Virus record (IMG/VR): IMGVR_UViG_3300032232_001117
Coordinates: 1 to 58,649 of that record
DNA from: a virus
Taxonomy: Duplodnaviria; Caudoviricetes
Strand: one strand, 5' to 3'
DNA: 58,649 bases
The translations under genes were made by a program, and so were the position numbers. Positions 54,619-58,649 of this stretch are shown here, one piece after another. Below the pieces are notes generated by a model. The model was given only the letters and a program-made list of their open reading frames with translations. It did no database searches and was not told where the DNA came from. The stretch's first letter is position 1. The number at the start of each line of letters is the position of its first letter.

Positions 54619-55000
54619 CACGTCCCCATCCCCCGGGGTCGCGTCGTTCCTATGCCAGGCATTGAAGCGCGAAAGCCCCGGCGGGGGACTACCAGGTGAA
54701 AGGAGGAAAGCCTGGTGGCGAATTCAGAATACCACAGAAAAAAATCCTTTGGTTGACTTGCAAGTTGGCGGCGGGGCTGGTATCTTGAGTGACACAACAA
54801 GACCCGCGGGCCGGACATCAGTTGAAACTTTTCCTGAAAAATGGAACTCTTTTTGTGCTGCCCGAAAACTGAATACTAATTTGGGAAAGGTTCCCCGTAC
54901 CCCTCCAAAATGGGGGTTAGTCGGTAGGATAAGGAGTTATGTTCTTTTCTTTACATTGCTCCCATTACTTAACGGTGGTGTAAAGGAGATGTTTAATACC

Positions 55001-55375
55001 ATGTCTGAAGAACGTAAACCAGGTAGACCAACTTCCGCGAGAACATTAAGCCGCGCAAAGAAAGCGGCCATGATTCCAGATGCTGCAGTACTAGAAGTAT
55101 GGAACCACTGGATACAGGTAATGCGTAATGACTCCAAGAGGAAGCCAATACTAGATGCGACCCGTCGACAAATACTCGGGGCTGCGATTCACGACTACGA
55201 AGTCCAGGGATGCAAGGACGCCATAGATGGGTGTGCTCTCTCAGAGTTCCATATGGGTCGCAACAAAATGAATAAACGTTACGACTCGGTGGAATTAATC
55301 TTCAGAGATTCTGAGCACGTTGAGAAGTTTCATGAAATTCTGGATAAATCTACAGAAGACGGGGAGGCCTGGTGA
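55001..55375 (+). CDS. Phage replication-initiator C-terminal-like protein
   Basis: VWNHW...L...RR..LGAAI.DY....CK.AIDG...FHMG.N...YD...LIFRD..HVEKF; adjacent to a helicase loader. Confidence 0.65.
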   Translation: MSEERKPGRPTSARTLSRAKKAAMIPDAAVLEVWNHWIQVMRNDSKRKPILDATRRQILGAAIHDYEVQGCKDAIDGCALSEFHMGRNKMNKRYDSVELIFRDSEHVEKFHEILDKSTEDGEAW

Positions 55376-55833
55376 ACAAGCAAGAACTAGAAGATATTGT
55401 GGTGAGTGCCTACTCTATGTATAACCAGATACTTCTGGATGTAGACAGGAAGAACATACTGAGGGCTTGGTGGGAGATTCTCCAGGACTTGCCTTACGGT
55501 GGCGTAAAGCAATCCCTTACGGACCACGCGTGCATCTCCCCGTTCCTTCCCAAGCCAGGGGACTTGCGTCGCCGGCATTTGGATTCGGTATCCACAGAGG
55601 GAGACCCACCCCCACCACTCGTTGCCTGGAGCGCTGTAACGACTACGGTGGCGGATAGTAACGCTGGTGTGACACCCGACACATCCAAACTACATCCTTG
55701 TATACTACAAGTAATTTCTGAGTTGGGTTCAGCAGTCTATGGGTTGCGAAACGCAACTGACCAGGTTGCATTCATGAAGGCATACGAGCAAGTAGTGTCT
55801 TCTTATCAACAACAAAAGTACAAAATTTCCTAA
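55372..55833 (+). CDS. Replicative helicase loader/inhibitor (G39P-like)
   Basis: AWWEILQDLPY..V..SL..H...SPFLP.PGDLR...AW...AF.KAY. Confidence 0.75.
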   Translation: MNKQELEDIVVSAYSMYNQILLDVDRKNILRAWWEILQDLPYGGVKQSLTDHACISPFLPKPGDLRRRHLDSVSTEGDPPPPLVAWSAVTTTVADSNAGVTPDTSKLHPCILQVISELGSAVYGLRNATDQVAFMKAYEQVVSSYQQQKYKIS

Positions 55834-56101
55834 AGAGGAGCACGTCGGTTGTGTTTTCACCCGTTTCTAACAAGTCAGAGAGTAACCTCGTGAATACCGA
55901 GACATCAAATCCCGGATACCAAAACGCGACAGTCTCTATCCGTATGGACACCCCTTCGCGTGGTTGCCCTACCTGCGTGTATTTCACAGAGATTCCTGGC
56001 TCCCGATATGGAACCTGCCATAGATTCCCTACAGCCGTGACGGTGGCGGAAGATTACTGGTGTGGAGAGTGGCGTTCACTACACGGAGCATTTGATACTA
56101 A

Positions 56102-56269
56102 GTGAAGCGCAATCCAGGTCGTCCCCCCAAGTCTCCAGAGACTCCTTTCGTTCTTATGACGATGAAGGTCCCTGCTGAGTTCAAGCGTCTCATTATGGAG
56201 AAGGCTGATGCTTACGGCATGACGATGACTGAGTTCATAAAGATGGTGGTTGAAAGAGATGGGTCGTAA
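56102..56269 (+). CDS. Ribbon-helix-helix protein with AT-hook-like N-terminus (55 aa)
   Basis: Read by hand: PGRPPK...MTMKVPAEFK..I.EKA.AYGMTMTEFI. Confidence 0.65.
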   Translation: MKRNPGRPPKSPETPFVLMTMKVPAEFKRLIMEKADAYGMTMTEFIKMVVERDGS

Positions 56270-56600
56270 GCCTAAGAAATCCCGTACCCCCAAGGCTGTT
56301 CATACCCTGACAGTCAAGGTAACTGGTGCTGAGAAGAACCTCTTAATAGACGCTGCTCGCGCTCAAGGCATGACTCTTTCTGACTTCCTAGCCTGGGTCG
56401 CTTGGGATTACTGCCAGACCCAGAAGGGTCATACACCTGCTCCTGCTCCCCATCCAAGACCCACCCCTTCTGATTACCTTCGTATGTATCTAGATGGTGA
56501 GAAGGTTCTGATGCCTTGCGGTAAGGAAGAGTGCGACATGCAGATAGTTTCATTTGGCTCTGCCGAGTACTGCAACACCTGTTCCTTTAGAGTTGGTTAG
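56259..56600 (+). CDS. Ribbon-helix-helix protein with C-terminal Cys motif
   Basis: LTVKVTGAEK.LL..AARAQGMTLSDFL; PCG...C...CNTC. Confidence 0.7.
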   Translation: MGRKPKKSRTPKAVHTLTVKVTGAEKNLLIDAARAQGMTLSDFLAWVAWDYCQTQKGHTPAPAPHPRPTPSDYLRMYLDGEKVLMPCGKEECDMQIVSFGSAEYCNTCSFRVG

Positions 56601-56938
56601 ATTGCCCACATCTGACTGAGTGTCGGTCTAGTGGGTTTTACCCCTCTACGTCTTTGCTCCGCAGCCAGTTGTCTTGATGTAAGACCTGCCCATACTCCAT
56701 GCATATCTGCTGCTGGAAACCCTAATGCGTACTCCAAGCATAACTTTTGAACCGGACATGACTTGCATATGCTTCTTGCCTCTGCAATATAAGTAATATC
56801 CTTATGTTCTTTGGGGAACATGAGATGTGTTTTCCCTTTGCATGCAGCATCCTCAAACAAGTCCAAATCAGGTATATCTACAGATTTATCTAGTTTGGGA
56901 ATATTTTTATGGTTACTATTTGAATCCTTAGTACTCAC
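56597..56938 (-). CDS. whiB: WhiB-family transcription factor (second copy)
   Basis: AACKG...ARSICKSCPVQKLCLEYAL...GVWAGL. Confidence 0.92.
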   Translation of the reverse strand: MSTKDSNSNHKNIPKLDKSVDIPDLDLFEDAACKGKTHLMFPKEHKDITYIAEARSICKSCPVQKLCLEYALGFPAADMHGVWAGLTSRQLAAEQRRRGVKPTRPTLSQMWAI

Positions 56939-57038
56939 TACTACTCCCTATGTAATCTCTCATTAGTTCTCTCTTCTCTCCCCTATGGGATTAACCACAT
57001 ATCGGGAAACATGGTAGGAAGTCTGGGCGCTTCATCTA

Positions 57039-57653
57039 TCATTTGTTCTTCTCAGATTCCTGCACATAGGTGTTGAAAGGGCTTCCCGTATAAGGGTCAA
57101 ACTTGGCAGAAACCTGTAGCGCTTTAAGTAATGCACTCTTGGCTTGGGCCGGCGATATCTTCTTGCCAGATACCAATACTTGTAACGCCCCTAGCGTGTA
57201 GGGTGCTCCAGTGCCGGTCGCATATAGACCAGACGCTTCTGGGGTCCACGAGTAGTCGCTCTCAATAATGTAAATCGTGGAATTAACGACAACCATTATT
57301 GATGAATCCTGCTCAGCAATAGTGTTGTTGTTATTGTTCCCTACCGAATACCCGTGGGTTTCAAAACAAGACCTTAGTGCCGGGATGAACTTAGTCGTCA
57401 TGAAGGAGTCTAGTCTCTTCCCCTTTAGCCCTACTGTAGGAGCAGGAGGCTGAAAGGCATGGTGAAGGAGGTTTATGGCTCTCATGTCGCCCGCAGCACC
57501 CAGTAAGTATTTGCCATTTATAGCAATCTTTGCTGAACCAGACCCAAGAGTGGATATCTGGTATGCGTTTCCGGAGTCGTCTAGAGAAGATATTCTTGTA
57601 TCAGCGGCGACAACGACATACCCGTCTCCCTGAATACCTGCAATTGTTGTCAT
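57039..57653 (-). CDS. Proteasome beta-subunit/HslV-like Ntn hydrolase
   Basis: N-terminal MTTIAGI, AADTRIS, K, GAAG, ATGTGA.Y.LGAL, D.YTG. Confidence 0.85.
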   Translation of the reverse strand: MTTIAGIQGDGYVVVAADTRISSLDDSGNAYQISTLGSGSAKIAINGKYLLGAAGDMRAINLLHHAFQPPAPTVGLKGKRLDSFMTTKFIPALRSCFETHGYSVGNNNNNTIAEQDSSIMVVVNSTIYIIESDYSWTPEASGLYATGTGAPYTLGALQVLVSGKKISPAQAKSALLKALQVSAKFDPYTGSPFNTYVQESEKNK

Positions 57654-57710
57654 TTAATACACTCTCCACGAGTAGTTGTGTATTAAATGTGGCTTATCTA
57701 CAACTAAATG

Positions 57711-57941
57711 TCAAGCACGCTTTATCCATTTGAGCATATTGCGCCAGTGGACCCACTGCCACAATACCCACATCGCTAAAAAACCAGGTTTATTGAAGAC
57801 GATTGAATAAATTAACCAGGGAAAAGAGTGAAGGGCGACAATCATGTGCCCATACCATTTCTTGTTACCGATTAGGTAACTTCCAGATACTCCTATGAGT
57901 TCCATGGCGAACAAGAGCCAAGTCCAGATTAATTCGCTCAT
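57711..57941 (-). CDS. PnuC-like small membrane protein
   Basis: IG..GSYL.G.K.WYG......W..YS.......GFL.......H.RN..KW. Confidence 0.6.
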   Translation of the reverse strand: MSELIWTWLLFAMELIGVSGSYLIGNKKWYGHMIVALHSFPWLIYSIVFNKPGFLAMWVLWQWVHWRNMLKWIKRA

Positions 57942-57949
57942 AGATTTAT

Positions 57950-58649
57950 CTAATCTGCCTTGTACTCTTTGCCTCGGTACATGCCCCAACCATCGTAGAT
58001 AGCCATGCATTCGTAAGAGAACTTGTGGTCTCCGTCGTCTTCGTACATAACGACACCGATACCCTGTTGCCAGTTTTCATGTCTAGTTAAAGGACGTCCG
58101 TCTAGGTCAACGCCACCCCTAGTAGAAGGGATAGCGCCATCAATCCTGGCAAGACACCCAGGGCTAGCCGCCATAATGGTGCGTGGGCCATCGTAGTCTT
58201 CACGGGTTTTGTAAGCCGTTTCAATTCTGTGGATGTGTCCATAGATGATTGAGACCTTTTCGTTATTGAGATATATATGAGCAGTTGAGCCAGAAGACTT
58301 AACACGGTCACCGTGAATAATCTTCAGTTTCTTATTAATCCAGAAGTCAGCGGCTGGATATCCAGGCCTGTATTCCACTCCGTACTCTTCCATTCGGCAA
58401 AGATATGGAACTGAAAGAACTGGCCAAGACTCAGGAGTGTTTCCTTTTCTAAGACCATAGGCAGCACCAGCGTTTGTGAGTAGATACTTAGGCATGCGCT
58501 CTTCGTGGTTTCCAGCGAGCCAAATAATCTTAGAGTGTGGACAGGCTGCTCGCATTTGAGCGCACAACATGGTGGCTCTGTCAATCGCTGCTTGAGTTGT
58601 TTGGACATACGCTGGGTATGTGAGGTACTTGCCCATCTCTGGAAGGTCA
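57950..58649 (-). CDS. Metallophosphoesterase (5' end probably outside the window)
   Basis: GNHEER, IHG, GHIHR, PGCL, NWQQG. Confidence 0.85.
   Translation of the reverse strand, partial: DLPEMGKYLTYPAYVQTTQAAIDRATMLCAQMRAACPHSKIIWLAGNHEERMPKYLLTNAGAAYGLRKGNTPESWPVLSVPYLCRMEEYGVEYRPGYPAADFWINKKLKIIHGDRVKSSGSTAHIYLNNEKVSIIYGHIHRIETAYKTREDYDGPRTIMAASPGCLARIDGAIPSTRGGVDLDGRPLTRHENWQQGIGVVMYEDDGDHKFSYECMAIYDGWGMYRGKEYKAD

Larger units (their letters stand above)
31043..56053 (+). repeat. Dispersed polarised motif (TTAC.TGAAAC.RTT)ACGGTGGYGGAAAG
   Basis: Cores at 31043, 33682, 36040, 37605, 40104, 41997, 45813, 48717, 53418, 54202; weaker copies at 54972, 55645, 56040; all on the + strand. Confidence 0.85.

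Noticed and set aside
54530-55000. N-terminal 157 codons of the 281-aa ORF 54530..55375
   Set aside because: It overlaps the previous gene and crosses a GC-rich, probably non-coding stretch. An AAGGAG RBS and the recognisable domain point to a start near 55001.
1-58649. Alternative genetic code or stop-codon reassignment
   Set aside because: Conserved genes (nrdJ, thyX, primase-helicase, SNF2) are intact in the standard code, and all three stop codons end genes.

Overview
The window looks like part of a large dsDNA phage genome (Caudoviricetes-like) whose host is probably actinobacterial. The host call is inferred from two WhiB genes, an Rpf-like transglycosylase, a proteasome-beta-like Ntn hydrolase and mostly leaderless genes. 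1-11.4 kb holds metabolic and accessory genes (2OG-Fe(II) oxygenase, class II RNR, ThyX, phosphoesterase) and two tRNAs, Ile-UAU and Arg-UCU. 11.9-22.2 kb is one giant protein of ~3430 aa, divided into modules by a recurring GFAS tetrapeptide: three paralogous HExxH metallopeptidases, an ART-like module, two H[DE]xxGH modules and a HipA-like kinase. 23-33 kb carries replication and packaging genes (TerS-like protein, primase-helicase, WhiB, SSB, Rpf/SLT, DUF932, SNF2 helicase). 30.9-53.2 kb is an array of small genes. Most transcription units start at their own copy of a fixed 32-bp promoter element (GGTTGT-N10-CTTACAAGG-CATAAT-G; 34 copies found by eye), and the array diverges from a point at 47.2 kb. 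Overlaid on the array are DnaA-box clusters, a near-consensus parS, a consensus CRP site, a strand-polarised ACGGTGGYGGAAAG motif every few kb, strong GCCCCG enrichment and a probable ~240-nt structured ncRNA. All calls come from reading the sequence; no searches were run.
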